Origin: Octopus bimaculoides
Taxonomy: Eukaryota
NCBI RefSeq assembly: GCF_001194135.2
Contig: NC_068993.1
Coordinates: 1,280,070-1,344,069 of the forward strand
Direction of reading: 5' to 3'
Length of the DNA: 64,000 nt
The notes beneath the pieces are model-generated. The model did not search any database. It saw only the letters and a program-made list of their open reading frames with translations, and was not told the DNA's origin. The position numbers and the translations under genes are program-made. Shown here one piece after another: positions 23,621 to 37,335 of the stretch (its first letter is position 1; the number at the start of each line of letters is the position of its first letter).

Positions 23621-25929
23621 AGACATAAACTCTGTGTGTGTGCGTCTGTGTGTGATATTGTTATTTCGGTTGTGGAAAAATAAATGATGAAGAAATGGAA
23701 GAGGAATGGTGTTTGGGGTTGATGTGAGGGGAGGGAGGATCAAACGTCTGGGATACGAGGTGAGCGAAGCAAGAAGATAGAATTGGAGATGGAAAGTAAA
23801 AAGAGCCAATATTTAGTGCAAGGTAGATACAGGATGTTAGGTTCCAGAAAGGAGGAAGAGGAGAGAAACAGCAAACAAAGGGAGGGGGGGGGCAAAGATT
23901 AACCACATCAATACAACTTTTTAGAAATACTTATGAAAAACGGTACACAGGAAATTTTCAGTTTATACATGTGGGGTGTGTGGGTTATGAAGGGAGGAAT
24001 AGGGAGAGAGTACTGCAAGAGGTATGCGAGATGAACGAAGAGGAAAGAAAATAATGAAAGAATCAGGAGGTAGAAAGAGCTAAAATCTTAAACAAAATGA
24101 AAGAAATGTAGGCTTCTAGTAAAGAGAACGTGACGGAAGTACGGTATTGGAAGGAATGGAAGACGGTGAAGCGCTCTACTTAGAAGCTATTTGGGAGGAC
24201 ACCCAAGAATATCGCTAAATTAAAAAGACAAAAATTGAATGAACCCAGAGAAACAACTCAAATGAACCAAAAAACTTGGATAGAATATATTAAGGAGAGA
24301 TGTACTAAACAATGTACATAAATATATTCAATCTGACCAGTGTGGAAGAGGTAAAATAGGACATAAACACTTCTACATCATCCGGTGACTAACTCATAAA
24401 AAATGAATTCGTATTAAATGCACAATAAAAAAAAACAAGCAAAATTCAAGATAGCAGTGTTAGTTTCGTACTTTCAATTTGACAAGATATGTTAAACAAA
24501 TATGAGATAACATATCTGTTTGACTAGAGAAATAAGAACATAATCCAAGATATTCTTAAGGAGTTCTTTTCTAAATATTTGTTGAAAGATACTAAATATT
24601 ATGGCCTGTTAGAGGCGCCTGAATTATTTAGCTAGCATCACTTGTTGACTGATGAGGCTTACCATTCTGCTAAAAGGAACTGTTCCGGCTGATCACGTGT
24701 TAGATTCCCAAGAAAAAACAGGAAATAATGTTTGATACATTTATTTAAAAGTATGAGATAATTGTAAAATGACGGAGCTGTTTCTTTTCGTAGGATTTCT
24801 CTAAAGTTTACTTTATGTATGAAATGAAGAAAAATGTATAATAAAAATCGTAATACCATCACGTTCATGTGCATATGTGTATATACATACATACATACAT
24901 ACATATCTACATGTATATATATGTATGTGTGTATATATATATATATATATACACACACAGACATACATTTATACCTATCTATATAAATACTATGTGTGTG
25001 TATGTATACATGTGAGCATGTATTTAAGCATTTGTTTGTGAAAGAGTCAGGGAGAGGGAAAGAGCAAAGGTGTGTGCGTATACATATTTCCTCATTTTCC
25101 GCTCATATTTCTGTCTCTATCATTCTCTTTCCCCCTCTCTCACTCCCTCCTTCTCTCCTTCTCCTTCCTTACTTTTCTTTGAAATTGGGCCAGGATTATT
25201 CACTCAGTTGAATTTAACGTGAACCTACGCCTGATTGTTAAACGTGTGTGGTGGGGAGGCATCCGGTGTGTGTTTGAAGAGAGAAAGGTAAAATGAAAGA
25301 GAAAGAATATATACAAATTAGTTCGTCGGTTTTACTTTCATTTCTCCTTGCTAGCATGGGTTAGGTGAATACATTATCGAGTCATTGTCTTACAATCGTT
25401 AAACCTGGTCTATTTCTTAAGAATGGAATCTGTATATTTCACAACTCCTCGAAGGAACAAAGCGATCGGACGATTCGTTGGTAGAAGTAACAACACCAAC
25501 ATCGTTCGATGCTTTTGAATTTCGAAGAATGAAGACGTAAATACACGCATACACACACTGGCGATCACACACAAGCGAATAGTGTGTGCCACACTTTCTC
25601 GAATCGTTTTAGTTTCCAGTTTAATCGTAAGCAGACATAGATAGAAGCTGGGTCCTTGCAGCCTCAATCCAACCGAACATCCAATATGGCAGCTGAAGGG
25701 AAGCAGAGCTACCCCAACAAGCGCACATGCACACACATACATGTGCATATGCATACATGCACACATATACATGTATACACACACATGCATATTCGCTCAT
25801 ATGTACATATGTATATTCGCATGCATGTACAGATGCATACCAGTGTGCGCGTGCACATGTGCATTCGCGTGCGTGCGTGCGTGGTGTATACACGCGCAAA
25901 ACAAGCGTTGGAGATTGGTATGCGTTGGG

Positions 25930-26040
25930 GATGGATACTGCGGGGATACACAGTTTTTCGCGGAGGCAGAGCTGGCAGTTGAGGGCTCCGGGTGAAAATG
26001 GTGGCACTCTGTCGGCAACAGTCCTCGTGATGCTGGGCAT
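25930..26040 (-). mobile_element. Penelope-like element GIY-YIG C-terminal remnant, left arm of an inverted duplication
   Basis: Translates PSITRTVADRVPPFSPGALNCQLCLREKLCI, matching the PLE tail motif I.W.I..r...y.pg...C.LCL.EK. Confidence 0.75.
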
Positions 26041-26071
26041 ATATTTTAATATTTTTCATCGCGGAGATGAA

Positions 26072-26260
26072 ATACCCAGCATCAAGTGGACTATTGTCGA
26101 CAGAGTCCCACCATATTCACCCGGGGCCACCAACTATAAGCTCTGCCTCCGCGAAAAAATGCATATCCTCCAACAACCCGCAATATCCATCAACAAGAAA
26201 TGCTATTTATCGTAATTGCTGTCACCATAGATATGCCCTTCTGGCAAATTTCAGGCCTCT
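26072..26260 (+). mobile_element. Penelope-like element GIY-YIG C-terminal remnant, right arm
   Basis: Translates IPSIKWTIVDRVPPYSPGATNYKLCLREKMHILQQPAISINKK. A frameshift then gives NCCHHRYALLANF, resembling ...LCL.EK..Il.....lNkr.El...CrH..k.lL.n. Confidence 0.8.
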
Positions 26261-26589
26261 GACTGCCGACAACCCGGATATACTACTTTGGAGTGGGTGT
26301 ATAATTAACATACACACGCTTGAACGTATTATTGGGATGCGCATGCGTTGAAATAACAGAAGTCTTCCCGGAAGATATACAATGATGCATGATGGATCGT
26401 CTGTCGGTGTCGCCGATGAGTATTAAGTTATTTGTCAAAGTGTTGTTCATGAAATTAACGTGTTAGCAGAGGAGTACGCCAGAGACACGTGAACCCTAAC
26501 GGAATTCTCAGGGCGAGTTAGCATCACATTTGAATCCCAAATACAGTCCAGAGGGAAAGAAAAAATATGGATTTAAAAAGAGAAAGTTT

Positions 26590-26682
26590 CCTTCGGCAGG
26601 ATTTGAACCCAGGAAGCAGAATCTTGGGATGAGTATAGCAAGATGTTTTCGCCAACATTCTAACGCTTCTGCCAATTCGTTG
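26590..26682 (-). mobile_element. SINE family A head fragment
   Basis: cggcaggatttgaaccca...ctaacgcttctgccaattcg. Confidence 0.5.
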
Positions 26683-26994
26683 AGTGGCTAAAATATAGAC
26701 AAGTAGTTATATGCGAAAGAAAAAGTATCGAGAATAAAGAAGGTCAGGACGTGAAGGATGGGCCGTTGTTTTAGGCGACAGAGAAGAAGAACCACAGCGC
26801 CATCTATCAATCGAATTTATATGATGAGTGGTGTGTGTGTGTGTGTGTGTGTGTGTTTTGGGCGTTGTGGGTGGCATTTACAACAGACATGAATTTCTTC
26901 AGAAAATTCAGAAAATTCACAACCATGACTTTTGGAGTAGACATGCTTGGTTGACTCTTAACTTCTCTTTCATTTATTTCAAAGAACTAGAGAC

Positions 26995-27031
<37 letters not shown>

Positions 27032-28095
27032 CGCGTGCGTGCGTGCGTGTGCGTGAGTTTGTGCAGATAGATAGATACATACATATTGATATACACACAC
27101 ATATACATATATAAATATATACACATAATATACAAATACATAGACACACATAGATGCATATATATGCACACACAAACATACGCGCATATATGTGTATATA
27201 TATATATATGTTTAAGGCAGAAATTATGAAAAAGGCTTGAATAAATACCTAAATACAAATAAAAAAAAATGTCTTGTAAAATAACCTGTTCTAAGTAGAA
27301 GGCGGGAAAGATTTATGGAAAGTTTGTTGCACTCAAATACATTTCTTGTTCGATGAATTCCAAGACTGCCAACTGCCTGCTTATTTCATCGTTACTCTTT
27401 TTCTCTCAGCTCTATCTCCTGTAAATATATCGTGGCGGAGAATTCGAGGGCAGAATTGAAGGANNNNNNNNNNNNNNNNNNNNNNNNNNNNNNNNNNNNN
27501 NNNNNNNNNNNNNNNNNNNNNNNNNNNNNNNNNNNNNNNNNNNNNNNNNNNNNNNNNNNNNNNNNNNNNNNNNNNNNNNNNNNNNNNNNNNNNNNNNNNN
27601 NNNNNNNNNNNNNNNNNNNNNNNNNNNNNNNNNNNNNNNNNNNNNNNNNNNNNNNNNNNNNNNNNNNNNNNNNNNNNNNNNNNNNNNNNNNNNNNNNNNN
27701 NNNNNNNNNNNNNNNNNNNNNNNNNNNNNNNNNNNNNNNNNNNNNNNNNNNNNNNNNNNNNNNNNNNNNNNNNNNNNNNNNNNNNNNNNNNNNNNNNNNN
27801 NNNNNNNNNNNNNNNNNNNNNNNNNNNNNNNNNNNNNNNNNNNNNNNNNNNNNNNNNNNNNNNNNNNNNNNNNNNNNNNNNNNNNNNNNNNNNNNNNNNN
27901 NNNNNNNNNNNNNNNNNNNNNNNNNNNNNNNNNNNNNNNNNNNNNNNNNNNNNNNNNNNNNNNNNNNNNNNNNNNNNNNNNNNNNNNNNNNNNNNNNNNN
28001 NNNNNNNNNNNNNNNNNNNNNNNNNNNNNNNNNNNNNNNNNNNNNNNNNNNNNNNNNNNNNNNNNNNNNNNNNNNNNNNNNNNNNNNNNNNNNNN

Positions 28096-28168
<73 letters not shown>

Positions 28169-29159
28169 TTATTGTTATATTGAGATGACTGACTACTATC
28201 GTATGTAACTTCGTTAGTCGCTTATCAATAAGACCATCTTAATTGCTTTAATTATACTATTTTGGCTATATTTGCTAAAATTTACTTTCTGACATATGCA
28301 TAAAAATATTTCAAGCAAGCGAAAGATTAAATGAAGATTCGATAATACAATTTTTTTTTAATTATTTCGTATATATAGCTATTTATCTCTTAATAACAGA
28401 AATGGTTGCTATTGTTGTTGCAGTTTATCTCCATTTTGGGACAGATATTTGTTGAAGTTTTAAAAACAAACAATATATATATATAATTATTATGAATCAT
28501 TATTATTAGTGACTTAATTAATCACATAAGACATTTATTGGTTGGGACGAGTTTGAAAAATCGGCAAATGCTAGCCTGTCATTTTAGTTCCCTCTATCCA
28601 GGGCAACGTGTAATTAAACATGAAGAGGTTTGAAGAAGTATTATGTAAATGAAACAAGTATTTATGTTAATTCAATTAAGGAAGTTCGTTGGGCTTTTTT
28701 AACATGACTAACCGAGTACAACGTTTTGGGGGGACTTGTTTTGTTCATTGCAACATGATGATATTCTTTGTTGAGAAACTATATTTCTGTCTGTGTTGTT
28801 ATATTTTCCAGACCAACACTAATTTAAAGGAACTATAATTTTAAAAATATCACATCAAAATATGCTATGTCTCATCCAATGTTTGGCTAATTGAGAACCG
28901 TTTTCTTTATTTTGAATGTTTTTCATCATCCTATATTTTAATGGAACTTTTCGTCTAGCTTTCTGGGAACGCATTTAGATATCATGATTTTTTTTTTTTT
29001 TTGTGTGTGTTAAACAAGGAATACAACATATAACTGTTGGCTCTAATTCTCTAACAATGAGCAAATCGCTATTTATATCAAGAACGAACCAGAACTTAGC
29101 TGCAATGACCTCTTATGTACATACATATATATACATACATATATATACATATATATACA

Positions 29160-29207
<48 letters not shown>

Positions 29208-29229
29208 CATACATACATACATACATACA

Positions 29230-29261
<32 letters not shown>

Positions 29262-30351
29262 NNNNNNNNNNNNNNNNNNNNNNNNNNNNNNNNNNNNNNN
29301 NNNNNNNNNNNNNNNNNNNNNNNNNNNNNNNNNNNNNNNNNNNNNNNNNNNNNNNNNNNNNNNNNNNNNNNNNNNNNNNNNNNNNNNNNNNNNNNNNNNN
29401 NNNNNNNNNNNNNNNNNNNNNNNNNNNNNNNNNNNNNNNNNNNNNNNNNATGTATGTATGTATGTATGTATGTATGTATGTATCTCAATCCCAGCTCTCA
29501 GAATGCAAGTAATATCTTTCTGGAACTGCTCGCCATTCTTTAAACGTAACTGCAAATATTATTGTTGTTGTTGTTGTTGTTGTTATCCTTGTTTTTCTTG
29601 TTTCATTTTTTATATTTTATTTTTATTTCATTACAGAAATTAAGCTAAATCACAAAATTTTCCGTATGATGCCTCAAACCTGAAATCATTTTCCAGTCAG
29701 AATTGAAAATATTCCAACTCAATTACAAAATATTTTGGTTTCTTGCAATATTCTTTCGTTCTTATAACCAAACCATTGTACAACTGGCTCTAGAAAATTC
29801 GCACTACAAAATATCTAAAACCTATTCGTTTTATTTTTTTATTTATTTTGATTTTTATATTCTCTTATTCTTACATCCAGGTTTCCCCCATCCCCACCGC
29901 AGCCTTTGCTTCCTTTCTCCTTTCCTCTCTTCTTCTGAAATAAAATGAGAGAAGTACAAAGAGAACAAAACTGGAAGCAAATAATTACTATTTTCTCTTT
30001 GCTCTGGATTTCTAATAACTAAAAACATTTGCTTTACAAACACAAGAAAATTGTGTAGAATTCATTTATTTCGCATGCTTTCTTCCCCGCTGCGTGCACG
30101 CATTTTCAAGCAATAAAATAGTTCTGACTGTAAGTAAGAAAGGAGCTGGAAAAAAAGATGAAACCGGAAGTAGAAGCCATCAAGAAACTGGGTATGATGA
30201 ACAAGGTTCTGCTACATTTCTGAATAGAAATATATTTTAGGTTAAAAATTCTTGAATCGTAAAACAACCCCGCTCCCACAACTGCAAACTGTGCTTTGTG
30301 TTTGTATGTATGCATGTATGTATCTACACACACAAATACATATATACATAT

Positions 30352-30448
<97 letters not shown>

Positions 30449-30732
30449 AACATACATTGGATTTTAACTTCGATGTCTTTACATATGTACATACAACTGC
30501 ATGAATGTATGTATATATGCATATGCATATATATGCATGTATATGTATACATGTATGTATATGCATGTATATATGTAGATACGTATATATGTATGCGTCT
30601 GTGCGTGTATGTGTGTGCGTGTGCGCGCACGCCTGTGTGTATTTATACATAGATATGTGAGTATTTCGGAGTATGAGGATGCGTGTAAAAACAACATGGA
30701 AGACTATCAAATAAAACATAAGAATAGATATA

Positions 30733-30768
30733 ACGGTTAATTAAAACATGACTGTTTTAATTAACCGT
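30733..30768. repeat. Perfect 16-bp inverted repeat with a 4-nt loop
   Basis: acggttaattaaaaca-tgac-tgttttaattaaccgt. Confidence 0.9.
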
Positions 30769-31104
30769 ACCATTATTTCCTATTTAAATAGCAATTCCAT
30801 TATTTCATATTGAACAAAACAATTATTTCGCGTTCAATTAACAATACCATTCTTTCATATTCAATTAACAATATCATTATTTCATAATTCTGTCGAAGCA
30901 CAAACATACAATTGGCAGACAGTCATGGAACCAGTTGACTCTAATGTTAGACATTGCCAGACAATGTTTATGAGAACGCTAGACATTGTTTGATTCCTAG
31001 GAAACTAAAATTACGCCTCTAAAATATTGCTCTTTTTACTGTTTAATGTCATTAAACAGTAAGTGCTAGCTAAAAAGTATTATTATTAAGTGAACACAGT
31101 AAGC

Positions 31105-31356
31105 GGCTTGTGTGTATGTGTGCGTGTGTGTTTCTATGTGTATATGTATCTCTGAATCTGTTTCCCTTCCCCACAGCTTCACAACCAGTGTTAGTCTGTT
31201 TATGTCCCCGCAACTTTGCGGTTCAGCAAATAGAGCGATAGAGTAAGTATTAGGCTTCGAAAAATAAGTCCTTGGGTCGACTCGTTCGATTAAAACCCTT
31301 CATGGCGGTTCCCCAGCATGGCCGCAGTCAAATGAATGAAACAAGTAAATGATAAA

Positions 31357-31360
<4 letters not shown>
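31105..31360 (+). mobile_element. SINE family B, 3' half
   Basis: tttatgtccccgcaactttgcggttc.gcaaa...ggcgg..ccccagcatggccgcagtcaaatgaatgaaacaagtaaa. Confidence 0.85.
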
Positions 31361-31399
<39 letters not shown>

Positions 31400-31574
31400 T
31401 ACGTACTCGAATATACATACACATTTATGTATGTATGCATGCATGTATGTATATGCTATGTATGCATGCATGTATATATATGTATGTATGCATGCATGTA
31501 TGTATGTATGTATGTATGTGTGTGTGTGTATGTATGCATGTAATTACGTATGTATGTATGTGTCCATGTATGCA

Positions 31575-32687
31575 CAGGAACTGGTCAAAATAATGGGAAC
31601 ACCACTTCCTGTTTAACTATTGTCTCTATTGACAATGCGACAAATTCAAAACTGTTCAAGACTGTATAAAGGTGTTCTTTGCATTATGTATACCTTGTAT
31701 TTGTTGATACAGCCCTTTGCCTTTCTGCTGAATTGTTTAATGCTTCAAAAGGTACAGTTTCTAAAATCACGTTGGCATTCCAAAAGCACGGTCGTATCAG
31801 CTTTGGTAAGAATTATGCTGGATTGAAGGCAAATCTTACAGCAAGGGACCAAAGAGTAATGAAACATACTGTGTCCAGAAAAAAATATCCATTGAACTAA
31901 AGCTGCAAAATTGACGGCAGAACTTAACGATCGACCGTTTGTAGTGTGCGACATAAAGCTGGATACCACGAGAGGGTTGCAGTTGCTAAACCTTTTCAGT
32001 CCCCCCCCCCATTGATAAGCAGGGGGAAATGGTGCCTAGACAACGAGAAGTAGTCAATGGCTCAATGGAACAAAGTTCATCTCTAATGACTTACCATTAC
32101 CATTCACCCCATTTTCCCTCTTTGGAGTGAATTTGTGTCTAGAGAGAGCCCAAAGAAATCTTCAAATGGTGTCCTATACCACCAAGTACGAAGGTGACTT
32201 TGAAAGGATTTCAGCGGCCATATAATAGAATTCTCTTAGCTTTTTAGTTGTTCTAGTTGGCAAAGTTAATGCCAAGGATTCTCTGAGTATTTTGGCCAAT
32301 CATGTCCTTTCTATGATGCAATCACTGTTCCCAGGTGATAGTAGCACAATATTCCAGGTGAATAATACACCGATTCACCTAAACGTTATTCAAAATTCGT
32401 ACAAATCGCACAAAATTTATGATCACAAAATAATTGAATATTTATGGTGCATTTTGAAGCAGGAGATGAAGGAACACATCTCTCTACTGTTGTTGCTTGA
32501 AGAACTATAATAGCAGGTGTGACTTGAAGAATGGCTCAGAATTCTTCTAACAACCGTTCTGAACCTCTACAAGTCAATTTCTTGGTATATGAATGATGTG
32601 ACTGATGCTAAAGACGGACGAAATCCATATTAACTAATAAAACATTCATTTAACAAGGTGCTTCCATTATTTTGTTCAACCCCTCTA
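31575..32687 (+). mobile_element. Full-length decayed Tc1-like DNA transposon
   Basis: Imperfect TIRs at 31575-31603 (caggaactggtcaaaataatgggaacacc) and 32657-32687 (reverse complement tagaggggttgaacaaaataatggaagcacc). HTH remnant AELFNASKGTVSK...LTARDQRVMK at 31679-31900. Catalytic-region remnant HVLSMMQSLFPGD..IFQVNNTPIH...IIEYLW.IL at 32292-32510, where FQdDNApiH is mutated. Confidence 0.88.
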
Positions 32688-32692
32688 CGTTG

Positions 32693-32770
32693 TATGTATG
32701 TGTGAGGGGGTATGTGTGTGAGGGGGTATGTGTGTGAAGGGGTATGTGTGTGAGGGGGTATGTGTATGAG
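32693..32770. repeat. 16-bp tandem repeat (gtatgtgtgtgagggg), about 4 copies
   Basis: Seen directly. Confidence 0.85.
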
Positions 32771-33131
32771 AGAGTGTATGTGTGTGTGAGAGGAGGTGCA
32801 TGTGCGAGTGAGGGGGTGTATGCGTGTGTGTATTACATATATGTGTGTAGGGGCGTGTCGGGGCTGGTGGGTGTATTTCTGTATGTATATATATATATAT
32901 ATATGTGTGTGTGTGCGTGTATATATATGCATGTGCGTGTATATATGTATGTACCGCGTATCATATATTTGTATATATTAGTTTTGTGACTGACTATATG
33001 TACGTGTGTGAGTGTGTGTGTTTATATATACGCACATTTGTACATACTTATATCTATACAATTTGTGTATCTGTGCATATGCCGAATCTTTGCTCATATT
33101 ATATAAATGTGTGCGTGCACCCTTGTGTATA

Positions 33132-33248
<117 letters not shown>

Positions 33249-34084
33249 TGCAAGCACGTGCATGGAGATTTAGTCTCTGATAATTGCTTTTAACCCGGCT
33301 CATCCGGAACCTGCTTTTGTTGTAGTCTTTTGTTATTGTTGTTGTTGTTGGTGTTGGTGGTGGTGGTGGTGTTTCTCTCATGCCTCGCCCCTTCTCTCCT
33401 CCTCCTTCTACTGCAATGTCCTGGTGCTTCCCCGTTAAAGATGCGCCCCTGCAGCGATTTCATGTGTTGCTTACAGAATTGCAAATGATTATAAAAACAA
33501 CTATTCTTATTTTCCCCAAAATATTTCTGTCTTTCTTGAACACATCCTCCACCTCCACCACCTCCTCCACTTCCTCCTCCTCCCCTATCCCTTACCCACA
33601 CTTATACACACATCGCCGCCACTCCTCTGACCTCTTCCTCTCGCTCTACTGCCCCTTCTTTTACTGCTGACCCTTTTCTCTCTCCCCCATCCNNNNNNNN
33701 NNTCCACAACTCACAATTATATGCACATTCATATATATGTGTGTGTGTGTGCGTGCTTGCGTGTCTGTGTGTGTGTGTATGTATATCTTTATCTATACCA
33801 ATGTTCCTTTTCCCCTCTTTTCACTATTTCAAAGAAATCTCTTTCCAATATGTTTTACCATTCTTTTACAAATGGATATTACGACTACTTTCTGCTCTTC
33901 GGGTTTTATTCGTTATTTTTTTTTGTTTTTGCTTTTATTTTTATTTTTCATTTGCTTTCTTTTTGTTTTTGAGATATTTTTAAAGATTTTTTCTTTTATT
34001 TATTATCGTGATTGTTTTTGCCTGTATTTTTGGGGTTTTTTTTTTTTTGTCCTTTCCTGTTATTGTTCGTATTATTACTATTAG

Positions 34085-34274
34085 TAAGGCGAGCAGAATC
34101 GTTTGTACGCAGCATTTCGTTCTGAGTTCAAATCCCGCCGATGTCAATTTTACTTTTCTTACTTTCGCGATCGATAAATTAAGTACCAGTTACACACTGA
34201 GGTCAATAGAATCGACTTAGCCCTTCCTCCAAACTTGCTGGCCTTATGCCAAAATTTGAAACTACTACTACTAC

Positions 34275-34349
<75 letters not shown>

Positions 34350-34357
34350 TATAATTA

Positions 34358-34418
<61 letters not shown>
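34085..34418 (+). mobile_element. SINE family A with an expanded (ACT)n(ATT)n(ATC)n(ATT)n tail
   Basis: Body 34085-34262 (ggcgagcagaatcgtt...ctgagttcaaatcccgccg...gataaattaagtaccagtt...gccaaaatttgaaac); tail to 34418. Confidence 0.9.
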
Positions 34419-35495
34419 CGTTGCCTTTGCACAGCTTCTAACGATCCCGGGATCGAGGTGTAGGAAGAAAGTTAGCAACTCTTCATCCATGAGGATGGGA
34501 ATGAATTTTTGTCAATTTTTGCCCTGAAGAGTCTTTTACCCTTTAAATGCAATCTTAATAACAAAACATGAATGAAGGTAAGAAATTGAAACGTACGTAG
34601 GGGATATGAAACTGAATATTATATAAATCAATTGATTTTTTTGTGCCCAAACTCTCCATTTTCCTTATATTATATTATTAAAACTCTGTTCTCCTATATC
34701 GAATAGATGAAAACACCTAAAATGACTACTGGAACTTCATGTGTTAACAATAATACTAACACAAATTAATGAATTCCAACTATATTAATCGATATGGAGC
34801 TGAACCTTGGATAAAATACATCCCTGTGAAAGAGTAACCTTTTTCCATTCGAAACTTCATAAATACTCGTTATCCGTGCGTGCGTGCGTGCGTGCGTGCG
34901 TGCGTGTGTGTGTGTGTGTGTGTGAGCACATTATATATGTGTGTGGGTGTCCATGTATAAATGTAGTGTGTCTGTATATGTATGTGAGTGTGTGCGGACG
35001 TGTGACTGCATGTATGTATGTGGGTTTCTATGCGTGTGTGTAAGTTTTACATAACTGTTTCACATTCCCTTTCTCTGAGATTTCCGGGTTAGTTGTGTTC
35101 TGTTATTAAAGAAGGGGGGGAGGGTCTCTGCTCTGAACATCTTATAAAATACACTTGGAGTTCTCAAAGAGCACTCATGGAACACTCGCCGCACATTTCT
35201 ATCTTACCATATGTGTATGTCTGTATGTATACACGTATGTATGTATGTATGTATGTATATACTATGTAGGTAGGTAGGTGCGTACGTACGTAAGTAGTAA
35301 GGTATATGTATGTGCGTATGTATGTATGTAGGAAAGTATATGTATATGTGTGCGTATGTAAGTACGTCATATTTTATTTTTGTTCGTAAAAATAACACCA
35401 TTCTTTAATAAACATATATTTTTAGAGATATTGAACAGTTAAAATATTTATATTTCACTAAATACGCTTATTAGTGAATTTCTTTCAAATGTATG

Positions 35496-35547
<52 letters not shown>

Positions 35548-36008
35548 CATATATATGTGTGTGTGTATGTATGTATATATAATGCAACCACAAACAAAAA
35601 ATTAGGATCTTTTTCTTTTTTATTTATTGTTTGATTATTTTGTTCGGTTCCGTTCTTGAACTCCTCTTCTACAGAAAATTTGCAAATGTTTCATTATACG
35701 CTAACGCCACCTACGGGCAAGTAATTCGGGAAACATTATAACGTTGATTTACTAATTATAAGAGAGCTACTCATTAGAAGTTGATGAAAATGGAAACCAA
35801 CCCATTTGCATCTATTAAAGTTTCTTTCTGTTATTCATTGTTTTTTTTTCCTTCTTGTTTCTTTCCATCTTCTTCCAATACCAAGTTCTTTACAAATTAT
35901 TTTCTCTTTTTTTTTCTTTCCATATTTATCTCAGATAAATTACTCCGCCCTCTCTCACACACTCTCTCTTTATCTCTCTTCCCTCACACTTTCCCTCTTT
36001 GTCAGTCA

Positions 36009-36115
<107 letters not shown>

Positions 36116-36236
36116 CATGTATGTATATATATGTAATATATCCGTGCGTGTGTGTGTAAGGGTAGATAGATACATACATCTGTCTTTCTGTTAGTCTGTT
36201 TGTCTATCAATAGCGACCTGTCTGCTTCTCTCTCTC

Positions 36237-36331
<95 letters not shown>

Positions 36332-36784
36332 GCCAAATTATTTATTATTATGATCGTTTCCTGATTTATTTCGAAAATTGCGAAAACAGATAGAAATAAA
36401 ATAAACAGCTTACAACAATTATATGTGAAATCAAGAAAGTTAGAAATCTCCCGGAGGCTTCTAATGGATGACTTCGGTGAAGGGAAGTAACTTTCTCCTC
36501 TGCTGAATCAATTAAACTCAATGAAAATAGATGCTGAAAAACAGTTGCCTCTACAAACAAACAAACAAACAAACAAGCAACAATAGCAACAACAAACATT
36601 ATAAAACAATCAAACATGCAGGTCGTTCATTCCTTATTATCAATCTTCAGTCATTAAGCTGTGCACTTCATTCTTCGTTTCAAATACTATTTACAAAACA
36701 TTTTTTTATCTCACAATGGAACTACTCATAAAGTTACACACACGTATACATTCATACAAAACATACATACATATGTAAGTGTGT

Positions 36785-36853
<69 letters not shown>

Positions 36854-36854
36854 C

Positions 36855-36889
<35 letters not shown>

Positions 36890-37182
36890 CACACACATAC
36901 ATACATACATGCATATACACATACATACACGTGTTTCTCCTAGTACATGTAGATATTACAGATATTACAAAGGAGAAGTATGACAGTGACTTCGAAGTTA
37001 GGGCTTCAAAGTCACTCTTAATGTTTCCTTGTGAAAAATAACAAATACGTACTCTAAGAAAATGTAATGAGTATCCCTTCAGTTGGATGTCGAAGTGGCT
37101 TTTATATATACCCAAACATACCTACCCACAGGGATAGACAGATAGATAGACAGATAGACAGACAGTCAGATAGATAGATAGA

Positions 37183-37215
<33 letters not shown>

Positions 37216-37223
37216 GTGTAACC

Positions 37224-37258
<35 letters not shown>

Positions 37259-37300
37259 GCTAAAATTTATAGAAAAACAAAAGACGAAGACAGGTGTAGG

Positions 37301-37335
<35 letters not shown>

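Noticed and set aside
24640-24690. CTGATGA-GGC...GCT-AAAA hammerhead-like string
   Set aside because: There is no GAAA box, helix II is weak and there is no helix I or III.
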